Shown here: positions 11,060 to 28,545 of the stretch, piece after piece | How positions within the stretch are numbered: the first letter of the stretch is position 1 | Layout: every line of letters starts with the position of its first letter | Assembly (NCBI GenBank): GCA_051294375.1 | Contig: CM119267.1 | Span: 22,135,486 to 22,199,485, forward strand | Length of the DNA: 64,000 bases | Direction of reading: 5' to 3' | Source: Paraspadella gotoi | Lineage: Eukaryota; Animalia; Chaetognatha | Translations under genes and position numbers: made by a program | Notes under the pieces: model-generated | What the model saw: the letters and a program-made list of their open reading frames with translations, nothing else | Told to the model about the DNA's origin: nothing | Database searches by the model: none

Positions 11060-12062
11060 GGTGCGGGTCACGGGGGTTCGGTTAGAAAGAAGTGGCGTAA
11101 AGAATCAGAGTGATCTTTTGTCTTTCAGACGAGTTTTTCTTTGGACGCCATTTACTAACCCGTATCTCCTCGTCGGCTTTAAGGCACGAGGAACTAAATA
11201 ATTAAAAAATAAGACTTCGGGATAAAAACTCGTTCCGTTTGTCATATGGCACAAACAAGAAAAAACACGATTGATGTAATAAAAGCGTTCAGGAAAAAAA
11301 GTGGTAATAAGGAAAAGTAATTTTCTTTAAAAACTCATGAAGGAAAACTGCGAAAACATTGCTTACATTTTTTTCTTCAAACACAGCTATGGAACGACCA
11401 TAAATATTCCATTTAAGCAAGTAACAAATAATTACAAGAGAGTAATAAATAGCTAATTAAGCCCGTAATGAAAATTCGCAAAGAATTTTAAGCAAGGTAA
11501 GCTATGTCAATTTCCGCATTTCACGCTATTTTGTGATACCACAATAAAACGTTAGGTACTGCGCAGGTTAGAAAAAAATTAGCAGTATACCTGAGTTGAA
11601 AAAATACTACAAATAAATTCAGGCTAGTTCGGTGATGAAGACTAGATTTCCAAGACGCGACCTTAAAAGTCGTGGAAATGCGTTTAGTGCTAGGGCCTAG
11701 GGGAATTAAAACAAATATCTGAGGCAAAAAATAAATTATCTATTTATAAAATCCCCTAAGGTACTATTTTAAATACTAAATTATTTTCCTCCCACAGTCT
11801 AAGCAATACGTTTCCACGAGTTTCGATTAATGCTCAATCTCTTAATTTCATAACATTAACGAATCCCAGTTTGGCCGATACCCCGTTGATTAACATCCCA
11901 TCCACAAATCGAAACCGAATCGTCGGGTCAACAAATAATAAAAAACAACACCCCAAAACGACGCGCCGTGCGTGCATTCAACGGAATTCAATTAAAATCA
12001 AACAGAATTTTTTATTAAAAAATCACATTAATTTCATTTAAAATTTCGAGGCGTCTCTTTTT

Positions 12063-15000
12063 TTAAAAGGTCTCTTCGCCGTCGCAGTCGGCCGTGTCGT
12101 GTCCGAATACTTCGCAGTTGTCACAATAGGATCGCGTGGCGGAACGCGAACCTCGGTGGCGAGACGAGTTGAGGTCGAGATCGTCGTCGTCGTCCGCCTG
12201 AACCATCGTTTGTGTGGGGCAGTCCTCTGTGTCGTGGAGATCGAACTGAAGCGGGGGTGGAGAGATAAGGTGTTGAACCAGATGGTCCCAACAAATCTTA
12301 GACTTTTTTTAAACGAAATATATCAATAAGAAAAATTCTAAACCCGAACCACCTCGTCGCAGATGTCGCAAAAGAGCCTTGGCGCCGGAGCTCTGACGTT
12401 TGGGCCGTCTCCGGCAGCGCCGAGGTCGACTCCGTTGGACATGCCCGTTACGTCGTTCTCAAACACCTCCAGGCGCATCCGGAGTTGGTCATTCTTTCGG
12501 TGAAGGTCAACGATGACCGAGTTTAAAAAGTCCACCTGGCCCTAAGGGAAGGGGAGAAGAGAAAGTGTCGGAGTAGACGGTTAGTTCCTTTTTTCATAAA
12601 ATAGGACGTAAAACGATTTAAATGAGGTGAGAATATCGATATGTGAAAAAGTAACTTTATATTCTACTACATCGGTGAAACGCTGACAGGTCGGAATTGA
12701 TATTTGGGTGGCGCCGATTCAAATTTTTTAAAAATTTTTATACATGAACCTGATAATTTTAATTTTTGCTTAGGCTTGAAACAGTAATTCAACATTAGAT
12801 AGAACGTTCAAAACTAAAATTATGAGAATCTCAAAACGGAGAAAATTAAACAAGGGTCAGAGGATGCGACAATTTGTTTAAAGATACTTCATAGGAGTTT
12901 TAAATATAATATTCTCAGGACTAAGTAAATAAATATCTAATAATCTATTAATTTACCTAACAACTCAATTTTTTTGAGTCATTGGCAGAAAGGCTGGGAA
13001 TTCCCACTGGCATATATGAAAACCCTGCTTTTTTATAATAAAAGAAATATTTAAGCACAATTGAGTCCCGCGGTAAATTGAACGTTGCCCAAAGGTTTCT
13101 CGGAAAAGTTTAATGCACACTAAAACGCGTTTTAATTGGACTTTCATGCGGGCACAAAAATGACATACCGTCAAATAGTCGTTTTCAGCCTGAGAAAAAT
13201 ATAATGTGCAGAATGTGATGCAACAAATGCGCCGAGCCAATCGAATCAAAGTTTAACGACTAAAAATTACCTGTAAATCGGTGTCTTCTGAAGAATGTGT
13301 TTCAACGAGTTCTTTCCCACCATCTTTCAACGCTTTTTCCAGTTTAGACACCTATAAGTTTAAAATACCAATTATTTTCATGCTCATTTTCCGAGAGAGA
13401 CCACAACCGTGTTGTTGAGTGCGACAGTACAAATTACCGCCTGTTATTTCCTAGCTACAGAACATCTGACTATAGTCCGCCACTATAGGTTGGTTAGAAA
13501 TACTATCGCGCATACTAGCATTGACACCAATGGGGTGCGGACCCCAGGTCGCTCGGTGAGAAGAGAATACTCGATCTTACGCCACCGAGGTTGTACTGAT
13601 GAAATCAGGCGGGTGTTGACAGTGAATGTGATGCCACACATGTATAGTATACCTTTTCTTCAAGCTTTTTCTTTTCAGTCTGAAGAGATTCCACTGACGA
13701 CTTTGAAGGCGAAAGAGTCCTGTCGTATTTGAGCTTCTCTATTTCCTTATCTTTCGCCGCAAGGTCGACTTGACTGGCTTCGATGTGCGTATCGAGTTCT
13801 TCTTTGCTCCTCTGCTTTAAGTCTTCGTATTTATGTTTTAGTTGCTTGTATTTTTGTTCAACCTTATAGACGAAAAAAAATTATGTTTGCTTGTGAAGAG
13901 AAAAAAAAATGTAACATGTCCTACTTTACCTGCTCTTTCGTTTCCAGAGCCTCTCTCAATTGAGCAGTTTCTCCCAGTAGTTCGTTCTTTTCAAGGTCGA
14001 CGGTTGCCAGTTTTTCTTTATTTTCTTCAAGGTCCTTTTGGATTGACGAGAGTTCCAATTGTAGTTTTTGTTCGGATTGCTTATATTTTTCAAGAGAAGC
14101 CTGAAGCTTTTGCTCATAACTGCTTTTTTCTGCTCCTTGTGTCTGTTTTAACAATGCAGTTTCACTTGAAAGACTTTCAAACTTTTCTTCCGCCTTACTA
14201 AGTTTTTTAGTAAGATCTTTGACCGTCTTGTCTAATTTTTCATTTTCTTTCGCATCTTGTCTTGTTTTTTCCTGCAATGATTTCTCCTGTTTTTTCATCT
14301 CTTCTAATTCGGCCCGAAGGTTAGAAACCTCACTGGAAGACTGATTACTGTCCTCCAAAGCCTTCACATTGACGCTTTTAATCTCATCAAATTCTGTTTT
14401 TAACTGTAGAAGTTCTGCTTCAAGATTAACGGCTTTCTTACTATTTATTGTATTTTCTTTTTCTAATCTTTCTCTTTCATTTTTTTCTACAGACTTTTCA
14501 AATTCGAAGCGATCTCTCTCCTTAAGAATGGACGCCTTTTCCGAAGTAAGCGCATGCTTTTCAACTGTTAAACTATCTCTTTCTTTCTCCAGCAGAATGT
14601 TGTTCGCGTCTTTTTCTGCTAGATTTTCTTCAAGCTCTTGAACTCGCCTATCATTTTCATTTGATCTTTCTTTAGAATTAACCATTAGTTTACCGTTTTC
14701 ATCTTTCAATTTTGTAAATTCTGATTCCAAACTAGTTTTTGCAGTTTCGAGATCTTTTAATTTCGATTCTAACGAAACGCCATTTGCTTTAAGACTTTCA
14801 ATTAATGACGATTGTTTTATTTTATTTTCTTCCAACTCTTCATTAGCACTTTGTAATTTTTTTATTTCTAAGTTAAGATCATCTAGAGAATTTGTCATTG
14901 CAGCACTTTCTTTGTTTTTTAAAGCATTATTCTTTTCATTCTCTTCTTTTTGTTTTTCCAAGTGGCGAATTTTTCCGCTTAACAATTTAATTTCGTCACT

Positions 15001-18000
15001 TTTCTCTTCTAAATTTTTTTTCCCACTTTTTTCTTTGGTCTTTAATTCTTCTTCTAAGCTAGATATATCGGATTGTTTCACCTTAATTTCACTTTGCAAG
15101 TCTTTATATTTATCTTCTAAATCCTTACAACTTTTTTCTGATGTTTCAAGCTTTTCCTCCAGTAACTTTTTGTCCTTTTTCGCTTTTTCTCTTAAATCCA
15201 ATATCTCCTCAGTTAAAGATTCTAAGCTGGTCTTTGCACTCTGTTTGTCTTCTTCAGCTATTCTTTTCTCGCGTTCTAAGGTTTCCTGTTGAGCTTCAAG
15301 TTTTCCCTTTCCTTCCTCTAATGTTATGACCTTTTGTTTTAAATCTTGAGTCCCCTTATCTTTATCGCCCATAAAATCTTTAAGCTTTTCCACAGTTTCT
15401 TGGGCCTTGACTATTTCGGTTTGCCTCGCATCAAGATCTTTATGTAATTGTTCGACCTCAGAATTTTTCTCTTGTAATTTATCGTCCGCCGCCCTAAGTT
15501 TTTCTTTGTTTATGTCCAAATCATTTGTGATTGCAGTTATTTCTTGCTTTAATTTTTCTAATTCGTTATCCTTTTGTTCATTAAGTTTGTCGATAACTTT
15601 GATTTGGCTTTCAAGGTCTTTGATTTTTAAACTATTTTGTTTCTTTTCTAGAGCAGTTTCTTCTTCAACCTCTTGCTTCTCTTTTTCCAAAATCCTTTGT
15701 TTTTCCTCTAATCTCTTATTTTCCTCTTCAGTAAACTTTATCTTATCATTTAATTTCTTAGAGAACTCACTTTGTTCATCCAAAGAAACTTTCAAAGCAG
15801 AAATATTTTTTTTAAATCTTTTTACTTCTTCATTTTTCTCTTTTAATTGTTTATCTAAATTAATTTTATCTGCCTCAAGCTTGTCCGCCAGCTGCTTTTG
15901 ATCTCCTACTGATGACTTCAATAATGTTTCATTTTCATCAAATTTTTTTTGGAAATTTAACATTTCAGTCTTAGCTCGTTCTAATTCCTCCTCAAGTTTT
16001 AAGTTTGATTCACGCGAATCTTCCAACAAACTTTCTTTTTCTTTTTTAAAAGCAGCCAGCTCCTTTTCGGCTCCAATCTTTTTCTGCATCATCAAATCTT
16101 TTTCTTTAACCAGAGCGCATTTTTCCTCTTCTAATGCTAACACTCTTTCGTTTAATGCGCTTTCACCGGACGCGTTGTCCGACATCATGTCCTTCAAACT
16201 TTGAACCATTTCTTTTTCCGCCTTCAGCTCGTTTTCTAACTGCGAGGCCTTGGCGATCGATTCATCAATTCGTTTATCCTTTTCCAGGACAAGATTTTCA
16301 AAGTTCGAAACCTTCTTTTCCATATCACTAGCCTTTACTGAGAAGGAATCCCTCGACTCTCTCGCTTCATTCAGTTGACTCGTCGCAGATTCGATCTTTT
16401 CGTCCTTCAGTTTCATTTCTTCCTTAAAATCATCGACCATTTTTTCTAATTGATTTCTTCGACCCTCTTCCTTTTCTAATTGCCCTTTCAATTTCTCTAT
16501 ATCCCTTTGATTCTCCTCCTCCTTCGAAGCCATGTCCTCCGAAGTCTTAGAAAAATCCTTCAAGGCCGCCTCCAGTTCTTTTATCTTATCCTCCTTTTGG
16601 TTCGACTCCGAGGAGGAATTCTCGGCGCCTTTTGTCACAGCAGCCAGTTGTTGCTGCAACTCCTCGACCATCTCTTTGTATCGCACAATTTCTTGACTCT
16701 CCCTGGCGTCAGCGTCGTTTTTCGCCAAATCCAACTCCTTCTCCAGTCGTTGCACATTTTCTTCAAATCGTTTAATCTTTTCGGTTTGGACTTCGTCGTC
16801 CTTATCCTTTGTGGAAGCTTTGGCCGCAGCCAACTGTTCCTCTAACTCTTCTACCTTCTCTTTGTATTTCTGTATATGCTGGCTCTCGCTGAAGACGGCG
16901 GCGCTGGCGTTCTCGCCTCCAGCCTGCAACAGTTGGGCTTTGAGATTTTCCAAATCGCCCAGAAGCTTCTCGTTTTCCGATTCCTCCTTTTTCAACTTTT
17001 CCTCCAAAATCCCTATACGCTTGTTGTCATTCTCTTGATCGCCTAAAAGGTTGAGTGGGAGAAAATTTACAACTACAATTATGTAAGCTCTTATGCTGTA
17101 CAATGTAAATATACGCATATATCATCGATATTTTCCTCCACCAGATTCTATCACTAAAAAAATCCGAGCGCGCGGTTGGTATTTTTAGTCTGCGCTGGGG
17201 GTTAAATTTTTATTAACGCCTCTTATTGTCAAATTATATTATATCTTTACGTTTCTCACTACATAAAAGGAGAATAACTTTTAAAAGAAGCAAGCGTCTA
17301 AAAACTGATCCATCGATTGCGAAATCAAAATATTGAAAAGGAAAATCGAATGCGGATTAAAAAAAATATTGAATTGAACATCTCGGACACAATAAGCTAA
17401 GTTAATAAATAGAAGTTGCGGTTTACTTGAATATGGTTCACTGAACGCGGGTATGTGTCCCGAATTTTTCAATTTCAACGTTTTAAATAAACAAAAAAAG
17501 CATTTTATACTCACCAGGCCCGTCGAGCGAGGCGAACGACGGCGCTGCCACAAAGGCAAACAAACTTATACAATAATTTTTTTTGCCACTAGCACCATTG
17601 CAAAGTTAAACCGTGTAAACCGTGCACCAAAAGCGAAGTGACACCGTTTACACCCAAAGTCATAAAACTTGTAACATTGTACAGGTTTTATAAGGACAGC
17701 GACTTCACATGGACATTCAATAAACACCAATAGACGTTGGAGACCTTTCAACGACCCGTCGCCCACTACCCGACTCCCCTTTACCTTCAGAAGTGATCTG
17801 CGCCTCCTCGATGCGGAACTGGAGATCCTCCACTTCCCTGTCGCGCTCTTCCAACGAGTTTTCCGCTTCTTTCAACTTCGTGTCCGAGTCACTCAGTTTC
17901 TCGCGAAGTTCTTTAGTTATTCTTTCCGTTTCCATCCTTTTCGTAGTCAACAAAATAACAATTTAAAGATTTAATTGGAGCGTTCCTTAATTAATAGATA

Positions 18001-21000
18001 ATTCCTCCCTCTCTTCATTGATGCTTTCTCACAACTTCTTTCTCATCTGTTTCCTCCGCGGCCGCTTCCCTCAGCATCCCCCTCCCAATTTTAAACTGCC
18101 TAACCTATAAATTTCCATTTCGGCCTTGAAAGAAGTGAGGGCGGCGTCGGCCTCTTCGGCGTTGGCGGTCGCCCGCGCCACCTCCGATCTTTCCAGGTCG
18201 CGCTCCTTCAACAGCTGATCCACGTGTTGTTCTTTCTCGCGGAGAGCGTCCTGCAGCGCCGTCGACGACGCCGAGGCGCCGGTTGACGGCGACATTGACG
18301 TCCCCGCCGTCGCCGCTTTTCGCGTCAGGCGAGACTGGGTTACGGACGTTCCGATTCTTGGGAAAGTTGAAGTGAAAAGTGAATAGTGCATAAGTTTAAA
18401 TGGGGTAGACTTGGTGAGACCATTTTTAACAAACGCCCAATAAAATTAGTTTTTTTCCTTTCGCATCCCTTATAACCACTGCACCGCTGTTATTTTTAAA
18501 AAAGTTTTACAACTTTTCACTGAATACAAGAACGAGTTATCATTCCTGACACATTCGATCGAATCTGCAATTTGTGAGTGAACATGGAGCGAACGCAGTG
18601 AAGGATGAGTGAACATGGAGCGAACGCTGTGAAGGATGAGTAAACATTCTAACTTTCGTGATTTCAGGTTTCACGATTTTGCTGGGGTTAAGTAGGTGTT
18701 TTTTTGTAATATTTTCGGTCAGTTACAACAATTAGCGTACCTAGAGCTAGTTGTCGACGGTTTTCTGCAGAAATTTTCCCAAAAGAAGCGAGTATAAACG
18801 AGTAAATTTTATGAAATTCTAGTATTAGTAGCTAAATTATATTCTGTTCTTACCCGCTAGAAAGGCTAAAAGTTTGCCTAATTTAATATTTCAATTTTAT
18901 ATTTCTTAAAATCAAAGGTTGAAAAGTATTGTAAGTCACCTGGTGGTGGATCGGTTGGAAATGGCGGAAGAGATGGATGATATCGAGGAGATGGATTCTT
19001 GGGATCCCGCGCGGGACAAAGACGTCGCCCCCATTTTGACCCCCGTCCTTCCGGGGGTGAGGGAAGTGGTGGAGGAGGTGAGAGTTCCCGATTTGAGGCG
19101 GGAGGAGGCGGGGCGAACTGTGGGCGTCGTGCGGAGACTACCGCGGCGTTGAGCGCCGTCGGGGACTTGAGTTATGAAGAGAATGGCGAATCAAGTGTCG
19201 GAGGGGTTGAGGGAGGAAAAATGCAAGATTACTAGTTTTTTTTTTTCATTTTTGTTTATAATATTATTTAATAATAAGACTTATTCGTAATAGTCAAAAT
19301 ATTTTCTCAGCTAATCTGGATCGGAAGGTAAAAAAAAAGTAGAATTTTCATTTTTCTCTTTCGCAAACGATCGCATCCCTCTATTAACATATCTTCACTC
19401 ACCGGCGGCGTCGACGCCTTCTAAACGGACGACCTTATGGCTGGGGGCGAAGAGGCCGTAGAGGGCGCGGCAAGTGAAGTATCGCTTTCCGGCCACAGAA
19501 CCGTCGTTCTTCCCGTGGCGCTCGTCCAGTTCGATCCCCGCCCACGTCCCCTTAGCGAAATCCGTCTCTCCGAGAAAACGGAGAGTCCCTTTGCGGGAGC
19601 CTGTGGTGGCGGGTGAAGCAAGGAAAAGATTGGGGTAGAAGTGTTTAGGATTGAAGTCGATTGGGAAAACACATATTTAACAGCTCCGTCTCAAGAAAAT
19701 GGGGGAGAAGAGAGACGTAAGGAAAATCGACCTGACATCGATCCACGGGTAAACTACAGTGAACGGAGTAAAGAATAAAAATCCACGGAAACTATTCAAA
19801 AAAGTGATTGCGATTGTCGGTAAATATCCAAGATCTATTTTAAAAGTGGTAGACTGGTGGTGCTTTTTGAACCTCAACTTCACCGGAACATATTTGAAAC
19901 TGACAAACATGCAAGAAACAAACATTGATAACGGGACTATATCAAAAATTGACAGTGCGCAACGAAAAACGCGCACGTCGGAAAGCGACAATTGAAATGG
20001 TCGGAACATTAGAAGAGAAAAAAACTGACGCCCAGTGACAGGTTTTAATTTTAGAAGATCATGCGAGTGGTTTCATTAATTTAATTGTTTGTGAAACTAT
20101 ACACCAGTTAAACTTCTATTGTTTTCACATATTATCTGATGACGAATTACGAGTTACTTAATTGATCAGTGATCTTTTATTTTCTAAATCTTAAGTTGAA
20201 AATGTGTGGTTACCTAATCCTGGGTTGGGTCACCGAAACCGATTGGCACAAACGAAAAGAAGGGGCTAACATTTGATATCATTGAAAAGCTTTTTTGCCA
20301 GGCTTAGGCTAATATAGTAATCAAATAACGCAGTCAAAATTAAATAAATCATGTAAAATTAATAATAAGAAAAAAAAACTCACCGGAAACGACGACTCGG
20401 TCGCCAATCTCCAGATTGGTCGCCGCCTCGTCCGCCGCAGCTGAAGGGGGTGTCGCCATGGAAGCGGGGGTGGGTGTGGGCGGGGAGGCGGCGGAGTTGG
20501 AGACGATGGAGGAGGAAGAGGAAGTTCGGGACATCGCGGACGGAGGCTTTAAGCCTGAATAAAAGAATCAAGAGTTTTCAAACCTAACGCAGTTATAAGG
20601 AGGAATTGTCCTAGTAACTTACGCACTTGAAGAATGATTAACTGCCTCGATAATAAAAATTTGGTAGCTAGATTTTGATCAGATATCAAACCTGACCCGT
20701 CGAAAAGAAGCAATGACCACGACAAACGAGATTACGATTCACGATTAAGACCCGTATCTCGAACGGAAGACTCTTTAAAATTCCGCAATAACCTCTCACC
20801 CGTCGAATCGAAATTCACCAAGGGGAAAAATAAATATAAAAAAATAAAAAATAGCGAACCCGATCTAGGGGGCGTGACTTTCTCTTCCGTCGTCGAGGAT
20901 TTTCTCGGTGTCGCGGCGGGCGGAGACTGAAGTCGCGAGGATGGCGGAGACGCGGCGCCGGAAACGCCGGAAACGCCCGAGTCGCTCCCGGCCGGCGTCG

Positions 21001-21642
21001 TCGACGAGACGGAGGTAGTGGAGGACGTCATGGAAGCTTCGCCTTCCGCGCGGAGCAGCTTCGACAACTTGGTGAAAATTCCTGGAGGAGGAAGGGGAAA
21101 AGGAGTGGCGGATTTAACTCCGCATTTCATCATCGCCGACTCGCCCTCTTATACATCTTTACCTCTGTTGGGATCCGTTTGAAAATAACGGACGCCTTGC
21201 ACGGAACCGTCATTTTTGCCACAGGCTTCGTCGAGAACGACACCAGCCCAGTCGCCCGGCGCGAATTTGGTTTCGCCGACGAAGGCGACGACGCCGGGTT
21301 GCTTTCCGGCGCCGACGAGGACGCGATCGCCGACTACGGAAAAACATTTTTTTACACCTTTTTAAAGTAAATAAATTAGAGGAATATGATTTTAGGATCG
21401 TAACTCCACCGCTACTATATAAGGCAATCAGTACTAAAGAGGGTCGCCTCGCTATCGGCCCCTCAACTCCCCGTAACACAGCCATAGTGACCTTTAAAGT
21501 CGTCGGATTTGGCGAGATCAGTGGAAGAGGCGGTTGCGCCGCTCTTGGCCAACAGGCCGGCCTTAAGCCCGCCCGGTTTGATGGAGCCGATTTTGCTAGC
21601 CGGCGGTTTGAGTCCGCCCTTTGGAGGCGGAATTGAACTCAT
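12063..21642 (-). CDS. CLIP1: CAP-Gly domain linker protein (CLIP-170/CLIP-190/restin), multi-exon
   Basis: Two CAP-Gly domains ([26 protein letters not shown] and [19 protein letters not shown]), [28 protein letters not shown], a long coiled coil, and two C-terminal CCHC zinc knuckles (RLFCDICD; [15 protein letters not shown]) ending ETF*. Confidence 0.93.
13430..13590 (-). mobile_element. Degenerate tRNA-derived SINE-like fragment in a CLIP1 intron
   Basis: Minus strand reads CCTCGGTGGCGTAAG (A-box-like)...GACCTGGGGTCCGCACCCC (B-box-like) in an otherwise AT-rich intron. There is no intact cloverleaf, and the 3' boundary is approximate. Confidence 0.4.
18575..18647. repeat. 31-bp tandem repeat, about 2.3 copies (TGAGTGAACATGGAGCGAACGCWGTGAAGGA), intronic
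   Basis: Units start at 18575, 18606 and 18637. Confidence 0.85.
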
Positions 21643-22651
21643 AGTCAAGATTTTTTATTTGTTGGTGGAAAAATAATTAAATATTTTTTGGAGGATTAAA
21701 GAAAAGAAGTCATTTCGCATTTAGCATTTCAGTTTTTCCCTAGCACAGAATTCTTGGGACCTCTAAATGAAGGATCCGACCGTGGGGGTCATCGTCGCCT
21801 TCTTTCTATAATCTATATCGCTCTTTCATCACTGGATTAAGTAAAGGAACAAACGACTACGCAATACGCATGTGTATATGGGTGTGTATTCTATCGAATA
21901 TTTTCACAGAAAAAAAAACAACATAAAACACAAACATACTCGGGCAAAGGTGGGTGAGTAAAGCTTCAGACCAAAACAGGTTATCTCGCGATACGAATAA
22001 TAAAATAAAAGATAAAGTACGTATGTCGAGACAAGTTGAGTATTGACATTCCGGCAAAAATATAGACAAACAAATTACGTACGAGTTACATCTCCATCAG
22101 AGCGAAGGCACTTTGCATAATCGGAGAACTAAGCTATTAAACGGTAAATGTACAAATAATAAAAAATATAGTGTCAAAGTAACATTTGTACGTCGGGTTA
22201 ATGCCTATTTAAATATCTTGACTCTTTTTAGTTCGGACCAACATGTAAAAAATTAAATCCGAATCGACTATGAAGCAATAAAAACTTATCGACGAATTCG
22301 GCTCTTACAGTAAAATGTATTTTGAGAGATTCATAATATTAATTCAAGGCACATTATTCGGTATAGTAAATCTAAATATTTAAAAGTTTTGTACATGAAA
22401 ATAAACTCTTGAAAAGAAATATATTTTCGAAACTCCACAGATCCCTGAATAAGTACGAAGTGAGAAATTAACGACATCATGGGTAAAGGCCGGGGAAAAG
22501 TTCTAGTCGGGAGTGATAAGTGACATGAATGCCAGAAAAAAAAAGAAATGCTTGGATCGTCAGTTAAAAGTCAATTATCTTCAGCACCACGGCTGCAGTG
22601 GGAGCAGAGAATGATCGAGAAAAAACAAAGAAATCTTTTTCCTTTTTCTTT

Positions 22652-26135
<3,484 letters not shown>

Positions 26136-26423
26136 GGCGGTGAAGACGAGTCAGTTTTGTGCGAGAGTCGTCATGTACGAATGGCAATTGATCGACGAAA
26201 GAGCAAAAAGGCATTGTTTAAGCGAAGAATCATATTAGCACATTTTGGGTTATTAGCTAGTCGGCCATTGTTTTGGCTTTGGGCAAACACTGAAGCTCTC
26301 GAGAGCTCTTTGGCTTCTAAAAACAAAAAAATAAAGTAACATTCTGGAAGTTTGTTATAAAGTCCTAAAACAAACAAGCAACAACAATTTTAATAAATAG
26401 ATAATTTAAATTAAAAAACAAAA

Positions 26424-28321
26424 TCAAAACTTTTTCGTAATTCGAAAAATCTCTTCGTCATCGACGTCGTCGAACTGGTTATTCCCAAATTGGGGCGATG
26501 ACGTCTCTTCTCCTATTCTCTCCATTTTTTCTACGGCCCGACGCAACAAGTCATCCGATTGACTTCGCGCATAAAAAGATCTGATATCTTCGAAGGCTGA
26601 TGCCTTTGCGTTTATTTGTGAATAGGTTCGATCCACGTCCAAATCTTTTTCTTTGACGAAAGGCCCGCAATCGCCCATGGCCGAATCAAATCCTTCGTCC
26701 GAATCGCGAAAAAATTCTTCCAGTTCTGCGTCGAAAGCCTTCCGATCTTCCAACTCTACGACGCGCCGCAACAAGGCTTCGTCATCCAAATCGAATTCGG
26801 AAAGTTCTGGTCTGTCGCCTTTTTCCACGGACACCACGCAGGTCGCCGGAAACGGGAACTCGTTGGAGCGAAAGTGACGGCAGTCGGGATCGAGGCATCG
26901 CTGGTACCAGATGTGGCGGACAACGTCGACCACGATTTGAATGTTATTGCTGGAGTGGTGGCGACCGACGCGACGACAAAAGCGGTAGTCCTAAAAGATG
27001 ATGTGGCGATGAAATTCACCAGAGTGGTAAAAATAATAATTTCCATAACAGTTAAGTTTAAAACGAAATATAAATTCACCTTGACGTCGTAGAGAATAAT
27101 CTTGCTCTCGGCGAAAAAGACGCTGCGTCGAATAGCGCCGATGACGTTCGCGTCTCGAATCACGTGATTCGTGACGTAATCGTCGACGGACGGGTAAGGA
27201 GACGGCGACGAAGACGTCAATGAGTTCGAAGACGACTCTCCGCGAGGACGAATTTTTCCCGTCACGTCGTCGAACGACACCACTTTCATCCCATCCCGAT
27301 GGACGACGTTACAAATCAACGACGCCAAAAAGACGTCCTGGTCGGTATCGACGACGATTTCGTTCCCTTCGAACTCGCATCCCTCGGCGACGAGCAACGG
27401 CGTCTTCTTCGCCGCCTTTGACGATAAAAAGATCCGAAAGGCCCGGTTGCGAGTGTAAACGGCGGCGTCGACGATCGAAGTCTCCGCTTCGCCGCGCTTA
27501 TCGACGCAGAAAAGATCGTCGAGTCGTGACCGCATCGACATCGGACAAGTTCGGTCCTCAGGCCTCGAAGCTCTTTCGGCGTCCACGGCACGAAGGAAAT
27601 CGCCCACAAAGACGCCGAGGTGGCGATTGTCGCGAAAGACGACGCTGTTTTTCGACGCCATGATCACGTGATGACTGAACTTCTCCGGCGTCGACGAATC
27701 GAGATCAAGAAAATCACGCCGCTCACAAGCGATTACCAGCTTCTTCTCGACGAACCAAACGAGCAAATCCATAAAGGTCTTCATTGCGGAGGCGCCGCTC
27801 TTTCCAGGATTGGCGCCGGCGTCAAACTCGAGGTCGAAATACATCTTGCAAGCAGCGCCCTCGGGAATGATCTCGTAAAAGTGACGCCGATCGTCGCCGA
27901 TTTGTCGGTAGGTGTGCCAGAACTCGTCGTAGCTTGTGACGAGAAACTTGCGACGTCGGCGACCCTCTTCCGTCAATTCGGCGCTCTCGAAGGAGAAGAC
28001 ATGGAGGTCGTGGCGTCTCGAGTCGAAAACGGCGGCGAATGCGTCTTCCTAAAGAGGTCGAGGTTGTATTGGAAACATGCGGAACTTGCTCGACCTCGTA
28101 AGATCATGTAAGACATCCAAAGATACCTGCCTATCGAAGACTCTCCAACATCGAAAATTTTCGATCGACGAGGGATATTCGTCGACGAGTCGTTTGGCCT
28201 TGAATTCTGCCTCCTTTAGGCGCACTCGTTCAAGGAGGTCGTCGAACCGCTCTCGTTTTCCGGCAACGGAGGCCGGCCGACTTTTTAAATTCTTGTCGTA
28301 AAAGTTTTCGGTGGTTGACAT
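26424..28321 (-). CDS. PRIMPOL: DNA-directed primase/polymerase PrimPol, 3 coding exons
   Basis: AEP motifs HFYEIIPEGAACKMYFDLEFD (DxE), KFSHH (SxH) and VDAAVYTRNRAFR, plus a UL52-like zinc finger FCRRVGRHHSSNN...QRCLDPDC. Confidence 0.93.
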
Positions 28322-28545
28322 CTCGAGATGAGGCGTACATTTGTTTATAGTTATTAATAATTATAAATGAAATCAATTTCTTAGATTGAGAATTTTATTA
28401 CGTAGAGTTCCTCTCCGACGAGTCGGTCATAGCAGAGGAAACCACTAAAATTTTTAACACATCTGAAAAAAACAAAAAGAACAAAAATAATTCTAGAAAA
28501 AATTCATAATATATAATAACAATACGAAAGTAAATTTAAACAACT

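Noticed and set aside
18575-18647. 31-bp direct repeats as a possible CRISPR-like array
   Set aside because: The units are head-to-tail with no unique spacers, there are only about 2.3 copies, they lie in a eukaryotic intron, and there are no cas genes.
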